Assembly: GCA_040217195.1 (NCBI GenBank) | Contig: JAVJNR010000008.1 | Span: 352,001-416,000 of the forward strand | Source: Leptospiraceae bacterium | GTDB lineage: Bacteria > Spirochaetota > Leptospiria > Leptospirales > Leptonemataceae | Reading direction: 5' to 3' | DNA length: 64,000 nucleotides | Shown here: positions 1 through 9,019 of the stretch, piece by piece | Numbering within the stretch: the stretch's first letter is position 1 | Layout: each line of letters opens with the position of its first letter | Notes under the pieces: model-generated | The model's database searches: none | Told to the model about the DNA's origin: nothing | What the model saw: the letters and a program-made list of their open reading frames with translations, nothing else | Translations under genes and position numbers: made by a program

Positions 1-684
1 AGCCTTCCATCGCCTTTTGACTATCCCAATCAGGCTCTTTTGTATCTGCCAGAAAGTATACCGGACCCGGCAGAGAATGAACAGCTGTACAATGAACGCT
101 GCGCCACTGAAATTCAGCATATGATCAATCTTACCGGCGGCGGCTGCTTTGTACTCTTTACATCCAGAAAGAGCTTGAAGCAAATCCATGATCTGCTGCG
201 TAACTACCTGGAGCAGGCAGACCTTCCGGTAATCTCCCAGCTGGACATGGATGCAGGACGAGCTATCCGAGAGTTTAGAAAGGATCCTTCCTCGGTGCTT
301 TTTGGGTTGGCCAGCTTCTGGCAGGGAGTGGATGTTTCAGGCGACGATCTTCGCAGCGTCATACTTTGCAGAATTCCATTTCAGGTACCGGATGATCCTC
401 TGGTAGAGGCCAGAATTGAAACAGAAAAGCAGGCCGGCCGCACTCCATTTCTTACCATTCAGCTACCTCATGCAATTCTGAGACTGAAGCAGGGGGCCGG
501 CCGCCTGATTCGCGGAGAAAAGGACCGAGGCATTATTGCTATTTTGGACCCTCGTATCCGAACCAGAAAGTACGGGAAAACCATTCTCAATTCATTACCT
601 CCAGCAAGGCCCATCAGTACGCGCCGGGAGCTGGAACAGGCCTATACAGAGCTGTGGGAATCCGCCGGGTCTGCCGATATCTGA
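1..684 (+). CDS. ATP-dependent DNA helicase, DinG/YoaA family (C-terminal part; 5' end outside window)
   Basis: Helicase_C_2 motifs VLFTS, SFWQGVDVSG, RIPF.VPDDP, LKQGAGRLIR and ILDPR. The frame is open to the window edge. Confidence 0.9.
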   Translation, partial: SLPSPFDYPNQALLYLPESIPDPAENEQLYNERCATEIQHMINLTGGGCFVLFTSRKSLKQIHDLLRNYLEQADLPVISQLDMDAGRAIREFRKDPSSVLFGLASFWQGVDVSGDDLRSVILCRIPFQVPDDPLVEARIETEKQAGRTPFLTIQLPHAILRLKQGAGRLIRGEKDRGIIAILDPRIRTRKYGKTILNSLPPARPISTRRELEQAYTELWESAGSADI

Positions 685-687
685 ATT

Positions 688-1572
688 ATGTCATCATTGA
701 AGATTCGGGCTTTGCTGGCCTTTTCTATTGTGGTACTCTTTCATACTTCGGTTCATGCTATTGGCCCGGAGCCCGGAGCCCCATTTGCAATTCGCTCCTA
801 TCATTTTGTACAACAAATCGATGAATCGACTTTCATCAACTGGACCGGAGGGTTCATCTATACATCCATCAAAGTACCTTTGAAAAGAGTAAACAGTAAG
901 GATTCTCCTTCTGCAGATACTCCCGGTTCTCTTACCGAAGCAAGAGCTATGGCGCGCCAGGAAGCCCAGCGTCTGGCCATGGGAAAATTGTTTGAAGCCT
1001 TGAAATCCTTTCCTGTGGAATCGGATAAGACTGTGCTGGACCTGCTTCAAGAAAATGAACGATTCCGTATGCAGGTTGGTCGGCTGCAGGATCGGGTGAG
1101 AGTGAAATCAAGACGAACTGGCGAAGGCTATGTTACTCTGGAACTGGGTTTGTATCTGTATGGCCGAAATGGTCTGCTTGGAATACTACCTGATCGGTCT
1201 GGAGAACGGATTCCTTCCATGAGTCCAGAAGGACCTGAGGATGAAGTGACCGGGATCATCGTAATGGTGGATGAAGGTCTTCGATTTAAACCTGTGCTGC
1301 GACCAGCTCTTTATATGAGTAATGGACGCAGAATCTATGGCCCTGGAACTCTGCAGCCAGGTTTGAGCAGACCACCGGTTCTTTATTTTAAGAGTCTATC
1401 GGATGCCAGAGACAGAGGCAATGCAGGACTCAGGCCGGCCATTATCTATGCAACGGAAATCATCAACAACGGTGATGCGGTGATTGACTCCTCGGATGCC
1501 CGAAGGATTCTGGGAAGCCGCACCGGTCGACAGGCCCTGCGAGAATCCAGAATTATCTTTGTGATGCCATGA
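688..1572 (+). CDS. Exported hypothetical protein (LPP20-like architecture)
   Basis: N-terminal signal peptide (ending VHA). INWTGG...ARAMARQEA and VTGIIV...P.L.P.LY...G..IYG segments resemble LPP20-type proteins. ATGA overlap with the next gene. Confidence 0.55.
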   Translation: MSSLKIRALLAFSIVVLFHTSVHAIGPEPGAPFAIRSYHFVQQIDESTFINWTGGFIYTSIKVPLKRVNSKDSPSADTPGSLTEARAMARQEAQRLAMGKLFEALKSFPVESDKTVLDLLQENERFRMQVGRLQDRVRVKSRRTGEGYVTLELGLYLYGRNGLLGILPDRSGERIPSMSPEGPEDEVTGIIVMVDEGLRFKPVLRPALYMSNGRRIYGPGTLQPGLSRPPVLYFKSLSDARDRGNAGLRPAIIYATEIINNGDAVIDSSDARRILGSRTGRQALRESRIIFVMP

Positions 1573-2546
1573 GGCGAGACCGAATAGAGCAAATCATATC
1601 GGAGTTCCCTAAAAGACCCATCATTGTACTCGGAGATTTTATGATCGATGAGTATATCTTTGGTTCCGTGGAGCGGATCTCTCCGGAAGCACCGGTACCT
1701 GTGGTAGAGCAGAAACGAGTGGAGCGAATTCCAGGCGGCGCAGGTAATGTGGTCTGCAATCTAAGAGCCCTGGGAGTTCCGGTGATCGCATCTGGAATTA
1801 GCGGTTTCGATGAAAGAGCTCAGGAACTGGAAAAGGATCTAATTGATCTTGGTGTAGACCAGGGCAGAATTCTTTTCGAAAAACTGGATCGCCCCACCAC
1901 CAGAAAGACACGAATCTTCGCAGCCAATCAGCAGGTCTGTAGACTGGACCTGGAAGATCGCAGCCCCATCCAGGAAACTACAGTGGATGCTTTGATCAAT
2001 CGTCTGGACCAGGCGATCTCGGAATCTGCAGCCATTATTCTGTCTGATTATGATAAGGGAGTTATTGTACCGGAGCTAATAAGTCGAATAGTGGAAAGAG
2101 CTGCCCGGCAAAGCACCTACGTAGCAGTGGATCCTCAGGTTACCCATTTCAGTCAGTACCGCAATGTGGATATTCTAACTCCCAATCATCTGGAAGCCGG
2201 GCGATTCCTGTTGCGCGAACTGAAGACCGATGAAGCCGTGGAAACTGGAGGACGAGAAATCCTTGAACGATTGAACTGCAAAAGCCTGCTTATCACTCGT
2301 GGTGAAAAAGGTATGAGCCTGATTGAGCCCGATCGGATTCGGCATTTCCCGACGGTAGCCACGGAAGTATTCGATGTGACTGGAGCCGGCGATACGGTAA
2401 TCTCTGTTTTTACTCTTGTAATGGCCAGCGGTGGAACCCTGAAAGAAGCGGTACACCTGAGTAACTTCGCAGCTGGAATTGTAATACGAAGAATTGGTGC
2501 AGCTACGGTAAAAGCTGAGGAGTTACTGGGCGCAGCCGAAAGTTGA
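1569..2546 (+). CDS. rfaE1: D-glycero-beta-D-manno-heptose-7-phosphate kinase (RfaE domain I / HldA)
   Basis: PfkB-family motifs VERISPEAPVPVV, GGAGNV, SDYDKG and DVTGAGDTV. Confidence 0.93.
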   Translation: MRRDRIEQIISEFPKRPIIVLGDFMIDEYIFGSVERISPEAPVPVVEQKRVERIPGGAGNVVCNLRALGVPVIASGISGFDERAQELEKDLIDLGVDQGRILFEKLDRPTTRKTRIFAANQQVCRLDLEDRSPIQETTVDALINRLDQAISESAAIILSDYDKGVIVPELISRIVERAARQSTYVAVDPQVTHFSQYRNVDILTPNHLEAGRFLLRELKTDEAVETGGREILERLNCKSLLITRGEKGMSLIEPDRIRHFPTVATEVFDVTGAGDTVISVFTLVMASGGTLKEAVHLSNFAAGIVIRRIGAATVKAEELLGAAES

Positions 2547-2712
2547 AGCCCACGGCCCATCAAGACTGGAAAATAGGCCCACTTTCGATTTTACTGGAAT
2601 GGATCTCTGAGGCAACCAGCAACCGGAAATCCAAAACCTGGAATGCACTGAGTAAATTCCAGAAATTACAATGCAAAGAAGAAAGAATCCAACGTAGATT
2701 TGATGCAACACA

Positions 2713-3219
2713 ATGAACAAGACCAGCCAATTGAATTTCCTGGAAGATAAGATCTATGAAAGCGCAGAGGACTTGCGCAAGAAAGTGAATGCTCTACAAC
2801 ACCAGGGCAAGACCATCGTATTTACCAATGGCTGTTTTGACATTTTGCATCGAGGTCATGTGGAATATCTATGTCGTGCAAGAGACCTGGGCGATCATCT
2901 GATTCTGGGCCTGAATTCGGATGAATCTGTACATGGATTGAAAGGTGAAGGACGCCCCGTTCAGACTCTGGAAGATAGGATTCGAATACTTGCCGGACTT
3001 TTCTGCCTGGATTTTCTGGTGCCTTTTTCCGAATCCACACCGGAGAATCTATTGTCCATTCTTAAGCCTGACATTCATACCAAGGGTGGAGATTACAAAC
3101 CAGAGGCATTACCCGAAGCTTCTATCGTGGAATCCTATGGCGGAAAAGTAATCATTTTGCCATTTCTGGAAGGACGTTCCAGCTCAAGTATTATCAAGAG
3201 AAGTCAAAGACCTGGTTAG
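2713..3219 (+). CDS. rfaE2: D-glycero-beta-D-manno-heptose 1-phosphate adenylyltransferase (RfaE domain II / HldC)
   Basis: FTNGCFDILHRGH, GLNSDESV, KGGDY and GRSSSSII motifs. Confidence 0.93.
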   Translation: MNKTSQLNFLEDKIYESAEDLRKKVNALQHQGKTIVFTNGCFDILHRGHVEYLCRARDLGDHLILGLNSDESVHGLKGEGRPVQTLEDRIRILAGLFCLDFLVPFSESTPENLLSILKPDIHTKGGDYKPEALPEASIVESYGGKVIILPFLEGRSSSSIIKRSQRPG

Positions 3220-3409
3220 GCAGATTGGAACCCGGGTTCCGTTTGATGGAAACCCGGCTGGCACAATCCATATTGGGCCTCGGTGAAAACTGCCTGCCCG
3301 AATGAAATTTTTAGTCCCTGGCAGAAAACTCAAAGGAATTTCTGGGTGATTGGATTTCAGAAGCGCCACCAGGATCCGCTTTTATGGGCCCGGTGCACCA
3401 CCGAATGGT

Positions 3410-4465
3410 TCAGGCCATTTCCAGTAAAAATGAGCCCATTTCGTCAACCAGAGTGCGGGCCTCCGGTACCGTGCCGGTGAGATTTATGGCTCCGTGGATC
3501 AGACTTTCATACGTTTTCACTCGAACATTGGCGCCGGCTTCCTGCATCAGATTGGCCAGCCGCAGACCCTGATCTCTGAGGGGATCAAATCCGCAAACCT
3601 GTATGAATGTGGGCGGCAGAGATTTCAAATCGGTCTTTCTTGCATGGCATGGACTTATGATGTAATCTTCAAAATCTGTATTCTGCGAAAATGCATGGCG
3701 ACGAAAGTAATCAAGCATTGTGCCTGTTAATCCGTATCCTTCCGCCATTTCGATCATGGAACTATCGGCGATGGCGGAATTGCCCAGATCAACCCAGGGA
3801 TAGATAATGGATTGAAAGGAAGGCCGTTTCCATCGCTTACGTTTGCTACGAAAGCAAACGTTCAGGCATAGATTTCCGCCGGCGCTATCGCCGCCAAGCC
3901 CCAGACGACTGGAATCTATTCCCAGATTGTGTCCGTGTTCCAGCACCCATTGATAGACCGAAAGAGCATCTTCTGCGGCCGCAGGATATGGAAACTCCGG
4001 AGCCAGGCGATAGTCCACAGATATAATTACAAGTCCGCTCTGAATGGCCAGACTTCGAAGCATGGAATCGTTTGTATCAAGGTCCCCGATAACAAAGCCA
4101 CCGCCATGAAAGTATATCATACCTGGCTGCAAAGCTGCTTCGCAGGTGGCCGAATAGAGCCGCAGTCGAATTCTATCGTTGTCCGGACCTGGTATGGAAA
4201 AGCTTTCTACCCGGGCCACGGGCTCCGGAGGCATATTAAAATGTTCTAGCAAATCCGACAACTGCTGCCTGGCTGCCAGTGGAGAAAGGTTTTCGGTGGG
4301 CTCATGGATGCGAGAAAGCAAAAGACCCATTTGAATTCTGGCATCCAGCAAGAAGCCTGATTCATTTTTCTTTTTTCCTCCGGAAAGAAATCGCAGCAAT
4401 CCCTCCGGAAGACTGAGTATTGCTCTGCCTGTTTTTCCCTCCAGGGTCTGCTTCCATCCAGCCAT
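3410..4465 (-). CDS. Alpha/beta hydrolase, hormone-sensitive-lipase (family IV) esterase
   Basis: HGGG oxyanion motif, DYRLAPE, GDSAGG nucleophile elbow, DPLRD and a C-terminal HG. Confidence 0.9.
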   Translation of the reverse strand: MAGWKQTLEGKTGRAILSLPEGLLRFLSGGKKKNESGFLLDARIQMGLLLSRIHEPTENLSPLAARQQLSDLLEHFNMPPEPVARVESFSIPGPDNDRIRLRLYSATCEAALQPGMIYFHGGGFVIGDLDTNDSMLRSLAIQSGLVIISVDYRLAPEFPYPAAAEDALSVYQWVLEHGHNLGIDSSRLGLGGDSAGGNLCLNVCFRSKRKRWKRPSFQSIIYPWVDLGNSAIADSSMIEMAEGYGLTGTMLDYFRRHAFSQNTDFEDYIISPCHARKTDLKSLPPTFIQVCGFDPLRDQGLRLANLMQEAGANVRVKTYESLIHGAINLTGTVPEARTLVDEMGSFLLEMA

Positions 4466-4707
4466 GGTTTAGCAAATGCAGATCCGTCCAGGGAAGCAAG
4501 TAAATCCTGAGAATCGAAACGGATTCCGGGCTACTCAAACGCATCATAATCGGATTTCAATATTTCAGCATTTCAGAATCTCAAATTTGAATGGAAAATA
4601 AAAGAACCGGACTGAGATCGAAAATTCAAGAACAGCACAACTCTGGAATGGCCCTGGCATTGGAAAATGTGTGGACCGGAGGTAAGTCCTGAAGTAAGAA
4701 AGGGTGT

Positions 4708-6492
4708 ATGCATTCTCATCCTTTTGACTTCGATTATATAATTATCGGAAGCGGCTTTGGCGGAAGTGTTTCCGCTCTTCGCCTGGCTCAAAAGGGTTAC
4801 TCTGTGGCTGTTCTGGAATCCGGAAAGAGATGGCAGACCCATGAATTTCCAAAAACGAATTGGAATCTCAGAAAGTATCTATGGATGCCTCGCCTGGGTT
4901 TCTATGGAATTCAACGAATCAATATACTGAATGATTTTCTCCTGGTGAGCGGTGCCGGAGTAGGCGGAGGCAGCCTGGTCTATGCGAATACCCTGTACGT
5001 ACCACCGGATTCAGTACTGAAAAAGCCGGTGTTTTCCAGACTGGGAGGACCATCCGGCTTGCATCCTTTTTACAGGGTTGCATCACATATGCTGGGCGTA
5101 ACCACAAATCCCAAACTCTTCGAACCAGACCGGGTTCTCAAAGAAGTGGCCTCGGACATGGGCAAAGAGGATACCTTTCGTCCAACGCCGGTGGGCGTCT
5201 ATTTCGGGGATGGTCCCGGTACTTCCGGTGGAGATCCCTTTTTCCAGGGGGATGGCCCGGAACGTATGGGATGTAATTACTGTGGCGGGTGCATGGTTGG
5301 ATGTCGTTATCATTCCAAGAATACCCTGGACAAGAATTACCTGTATCTTGCTGAAAAGCTGGGAGTGCAGGTATTTCCAGAAACGAAAGCCGTGGATTTG
5401 CTGCCACTGAACTCAGCCGGTCAGCCAGATCCTACAGCAGATGGAAAATCTGGATTTGAAGTACGGACCAGAAGCACCACAGGATTTTTGGGTCTACCTG
5501 GAAAAAAACTCCGTACTCAGAGTGTCATCCTTTCTGCAGGAGTGATGGGCACCGTTGGACTATTGCTGGAGATGAAGAAAAAGGGACGTCTGCCGCATCT
5601 AAGTTCCAGACTGGGAAGTCGAGTGCGAACCAATAGCGAAACGGTTCTGGTGGCCACCAAATACGGTAAAACGGAACAGGGGATTCGACCGGATTACTCC
5701 AGAGGAGTGGCCATTACCTCCAGTATTCATGTGGATGATCATACTCATGTGGAACCGGTTCGGTATCCGGCGGGCGCCGATTTCTTCGGTTTGCTGGCAA
5801 GCCCCATGCCTGCAGATTCAGGTCGCATCCCTCGGCCACTGCGATATCTGGGCCTGTTATTCACTCATCCATTGTATTTCCTGAAAGCTTCCAATCCGTT
5901 TGGATTTGCTAAAAACTCTGTGATACTTCTGGTCATGCAAACTCTGGATAATAGCGTGCAATTAATTCGAAAGCGTCGTTGGGCCTGGCCTTTTCAGAGG
6001 TCCACCACATCGCGCCTGGAACCTGGAAGTGAGAAATCCCCGGCCACCATTCCCATTGGAAATGAGGTCACTCGACGGGTAGCAGATAAGATTGGAGGGA
6101 TTCCCAGAAGCTCAATAAATGAAGTCCTGCTCAATGCTCCTGTGACCGGCCATATAATGGGCGGCTGTATTATGGGCGATTCTGCGGAAGAAGGTGTAAT
6201 TGATCTGCAAAATCGAGTATTCGGCTATCATAACCTGAGAGTGTGCGATGGCTCCATGCTTACTGAGAATCTGGGAGTCAACCCAAGCCTGACCATCACT
6301 GCATTAAGCGAACGGGCCATGTCTTTTATTCCAACCAGAGCAGGCAAGCCCCGGCTGTTCGACTTCGAGCGAAAAATGAAATTCACCTCCATTCTGGCTC
6401 AGCCCCCCGCGCCTGCGAAAAGACCGGTGACTGGCCCGAAGGATTCATCCAGAAAAAAAACCAAATCAAGTACCGGACGGTCAGGCAGGTAG
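4708..6492 (+). CDS. GMC oxidoreductase, cholesterol oxidase (ChoD)-like
   Basis: [12 protein letters not shown] motif, [14 protein letters not shown], CxxCxxCxxGC...[16 protein letters not shown] and [16 protein letters not shown]. Confidence 0.85.
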   Translation: MHSHPFDFDYIIIGSGFGGSVSALRLAQKGYSVAVLESGKRWQTHEFPKTNWNLRKYLWMPRLGFYGIQRINILNDFLLVSGAGVGGGSLVYANTLYVPPDSVLKKPVFSRLGGPSGLHPFYRVASHMLGVTTNPKLFEPDRVLKEVASDMGKEDTFRPTPVGVYFGDGPGTSGGDPFFQGDGPERMGCNYCGGCMVGCRYHSKNTLDKNYLYLAEKLGVQVFPETKAVDLLPLNSAGQPDPTADGKSGFEVRTRSTTGFLGLPGKKLRTQSVILSAGVMGTVGLLLEMKKKGRLPHLSSRLGSRVRTNSETVLVATKYGKTEQGIRPDYSRGVAITSSIHVDDHTHVEPVRYPAGADFFGLLASPMPADSGRIPRPLRYLGLLFTHPLYFLKASNPFGFAKNSVILLVMQTLDNSVQLIRKRRWAWPFQRSTTSRLEPGSEKSPATIPIGNEVTRRVADKIGGIPRSSINEVLLNAPVTGHIMGGCIMGDSAEEGVIDLQNRVFGYHNLRVCDGSMLTENLGVNPSLTITALSERAMSFIPTRAGKPRLFDFERKMKFTSILAQPPAPAKRPVTGPKDSSRKKTKSSTGRSGR

Positions 6493-6510
6493 CCTGCCTT
6501 GTTACGTTTC
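6483..6510 (+). terminator. Putative intrinsic terminator of the GMC oxidase gene
   Basis: AGGCAGG-TAG-CCTGCCT hairpin with the stop codon in the loop, followed by a T-rich tail. Confidence 0.45.
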
Positions 6511-6576
6511 CTGTGGTTTCATAATGTTTGATTTCAGGACCGCCAAAGCCGGGCGGCCCGCATTCTTATTTTTGGA

Positions 6577-8118
6577 TTATCTTTTTCTGCCGGGTCCGGC
6601 CAGGGCTTTTTTTGTCGCCGCAGGCCCGGAGGATCGACCATTGCTGCTGTTTGCATGCCTGGATCGAGTTTCCGGATAATTGAAAGCCAGTGGCTGAATG
6701 GAAAGACTGTGATTCTCCCTCCGGGCTCTTTTGCGACCTTTGCGATTTTCCTTTTCCAGCTCGGCCAGAAATAGCTCAAAATCCACCTGCATGGTATGTC
6801 GCGCTGATTGAACGTATCGCCGTGCCATGCTTTTTTGCTCTGCTTCCATGTAGCTATACATGCTTTTTGTAGAAGGCAAAGAGTAGTCTCCTTTTAGAAG
6901 ACCGGCATACCATTTACTCTGCGCTTCGGATAGAGGCATAACCGGCCCCAGAGGCTGGAGCAATCCTACAAAGCAAATGCCGGGCCTTTCTGGTTTAATC
7001 GCTCGATGGAATAGAGGCAGGTAGTTGTTGGGAGCCGCAATGAATCCTTCATCAAAGAAAGGAAACTCTACATTGTAACCGGTACACCAGACAATAGCAT
7101 CGATCTGCTCGGAAGAGCCATCCTGAAAATATACATTTCGCGCATCCAGACGATCAATACCCGGCCTATATTTGAGATCCCCGCTTCCCAATCGTCCCAG
7201 GATTTCATTGGAGATAGTTGGATGGGCCTGACCAATGCCAAAGTCAGGTTCAGGCAAACCGAAGCTGGACATTTTTCCCACAGCAAGCCTGAAAATGATG
7301 GAGGCTACAAACTCTTTGAACCAGAAAGGCACCCAGACAGGAAATGCTTCGGTCAGTTTATCGAACGGCTTGCCGAACAGATACTTGGGAAATACGTATG
7401 CTCCACGTCGCCCGGACAGAAAAACATTCTTCGCAAGACCGGGACGGGAAATCTCTGTAGCAATATCCATGGCGCTGTTGCCCATTCCTACAACCAGTAC
7501 ATTCTTACCCACCAGGTTATGGGGTTTTTCAGGATCCACATAATGATGCGCATGGAACTGAATCCCTTTGAATTGCTTCTGTCCTGGATACTCGGGATCC
7601 GGCCATCGCTCGGACCAGTGGTGGCCATTGGCTACCATCACGGAATCGTAATGTATCTGACGACCGTCGGATAAGGTCACCTCATAGGTTCCATCCGATT
7701 CGGGTTCGACGTGCTGCACGGAAGTTCTAAATTGAATATGGTCATAGAGGCCAAAGTGCTTCGCATAGTCCTGAAAATAAGAATGGATCAATGTATGAGA
7801 TGGGTAATCAGGATAATCCTGCGGCATAGGGTAATCCCTGTATTCCATGCGATCTCTATGCGTATTGATATGCAGAGATTTATAAACGCTGCTCATTCCA
7901 TTGTCATTTCCGAATCGCCAGAGACCTCCTATGTCAGATCCCTTTTCATAGCAGTCGAATGGAATTCCGGCATCCTTCAACGCTTTAGCAGCAGTCATGC
8001 CGCTGCAACCAGCACCGATTATACAGACCCTGGGTAATCGACCTTCATTTTTTATATTGGCTCGGCGCCCCTTTGCTCCAGTGGAGCGAGTTGCTTTGCT
8101 TACGGTTTTTCCCTTCAT
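6577..8118 (-). CDS. Flavin-containing monooxygenase (class B, FMO type)
   Basis: Two Rossmann motifs (GAGCSG, GMGNSA), FMO fingerprint FKGIQFHAHHY, GGLW and WCTGY. Confidence 0.9.
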   Translation of the reverse strand: MKGKTVSKATRSTGAKGRRANIKNEGRLPRVCIIGAGCSGMTAAKALKDAGIPFDCYEKGSDIGGLWRFGNDNGMSSVYKSLHINTHRDRMEYRDYPMPQDYPDYPSHTLIHSYFQDYAKHFGLYDHIQFRTSVQHVEPESDGTYEVTLSDGRQIHYDSVMVANGHHWSERWPDPEYPGQKQFKGIQFHAHHYVDPEKPHNLVGKNVLVVGMGNSAMDIATEISRPGLAKNVFLSGRRGAYVFPKYLFGKPFDKLTEAFPVWVPFWFKEFVASIIFRLAVGKMSSFGLPEPDFGIGQAHPTISNEILGRLGSGDLKYRPGIDRLDARNVYFQDGSSEQIDAIVWCTGYNVEFPFFDEGFIAAPNNYLPLFHRAIKPERPGICFVGLLQPLGPVMPLSEAQSKWYAGLLKGDYSLPSTKSMYSYMEAEQKSMARRYVQSARHTMQVDFELFLAELEKENRKGRKRARRENHSLSIQPLAFNYPETRSRHANSSNGRSSGPAATKKALAGPGRKR

Positions 8119-8147
8119 ATTTCCCCCTGGCCAGCACGGCCTGGTGA

Positions 8148-8176
8148 ATCTTAACTATGGACAGAAGGGCTGTCAA
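8148..8176 (-). promoter_or_regulatory. sigma70-type promoter of the FMO gene
   Basis: Minus strand TTGACA (8176-8171), 17 nt, TAAGAT (8153-8148), about 30 nt upstream of the FMO start. Confidence 0.7.
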
Positions 8177-8178
8177 GA

Positions 8179-8203
8179 AAAAGTGACGCTTGCGTCAACT
8201 TTT
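8179..8203. promoter_or_regulatory. Palindromic operator, probable TetR binding site
   Basis: AAAAG-TGACGC-TT-GCGTCA-A-CTTTT, located between the two divergent -35 boxes. Confidence 0.65.
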
Positions 8204-8205
8204 GC

Positions 8206-8233
8206 TTGCCACCAGGATTCAAGGATCTATGCT
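8206..8233 (+). promoter_or_regulatory. sigma70-type promoter of tetR (probably leaderless mRNA)
   Basis: TTGCCA (8206-8211), 16 nt, TATGCT (8228-8233), 6 nt, ATG (8240). Confidence 0.55.
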
Positions 8234-8239
8234 ACAGGA

Positions 8240-8902
8240 ATGTCCGGCCCGGGTCTCAGAGAACATCGCAAAGCGGCCAATCGTGCCGCAATCGTCAAGG
8301 GTGCTACCAGGGTATTCTCAGAAATGGGTTTTGAAGCCTGTACCGTGCGAGATATAGTCCGAGCCAGCGGTCTGGCTGCAGGAACCTTCTATAACTATTT
8401 CCAGAGCAAAGAAGAGGTTCTGGATTCCATGATTCAGGAAATCAGCACAGAGGTCCGCACCGTGGTTCAAAGAGCCAGAAGAGATTCCCTGGACGGTAAG
8501 TCGTTTATGGAAGAGGGATACCTGGGTTTCTTTCAGGTATTGTCCTCTGATCCGGGGCTTCTATGGATGCTTGCCAGAAATCAAAACATTTTTCGCTCCA
8601 TGGTATTTGGCATGCCCCCGGGAACCGTGGAGCAGCCCGGGCAACGAAGTAAACTGCGAAATAGACACTCCAGAGAAAGCGCTGCAGAAGGTATTCTAAA
8701 CGATCTAAAACGGGATTTGCGCTGGGCTGTTCGTAAAGGTTACTTTCGGGATATGAATCCGGATCTACTTGCCCGGGCCATAATAGGAGCCGGGTTTGAG
8801 ATATTGCTTACCATGGGCACTGATCCGGCCATGACTCCTGAAAAAGCGGCCTTCTTTCTTTCCGGTCTGTTTCTCACCGGAATTCAACCTCCATCCAGAT
8901 AG
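8240..8902 (+). CDS. TetR/AcrR family transcriptional regulator
   Basis: HTH: GFEACTVRDIVRASGLAAGTFYNYFQSKEE. Start moved to ATG 8240 because the ORF-track start overlaps the FMO gene. Confidence 0.9.
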   Translation: MSGPGLREHRKAANRAAIVKGATRVFSEMGFEACTVRDIVRASGLAAGTFYNYFQSKEEVLDSMIQEISTEVRTVVQRARRDSLDGKSFMEEGYLGFFQVLSSDPGLLWMLARNQNIFRSMVFGMPPGTVEQPGQRSKLRNRHSRESAAEGILNDLKRDLRWAVRKGYFRDMNPDLLARAIIGAGFEILLTMGTDPAMTPEKAAFFLSGLFLTGIQPPSR

Positions 8903-9019
8903 ATTGCAAAACCGGCCCCGGGCTGGATGCCCGGCTTACCTGAATCTTGTATTTGATTATCCAGGTTTCTGATGGCCTTTTTTGGAAAAATCGTTGGATG
9001 CAAGAATGGAGCAGGGGAA

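Noticed and set aside
7997..8239. ORF-track N-terminal extension of TetR (similar extensions for pyrG, fmt, the gsp lipoprotein, A2M and the OmpL37-like gene)
   Set aside because: These extensions overlap neighbouring genes or promoters; domain boundaries and signal peptides indicate downstream starts.
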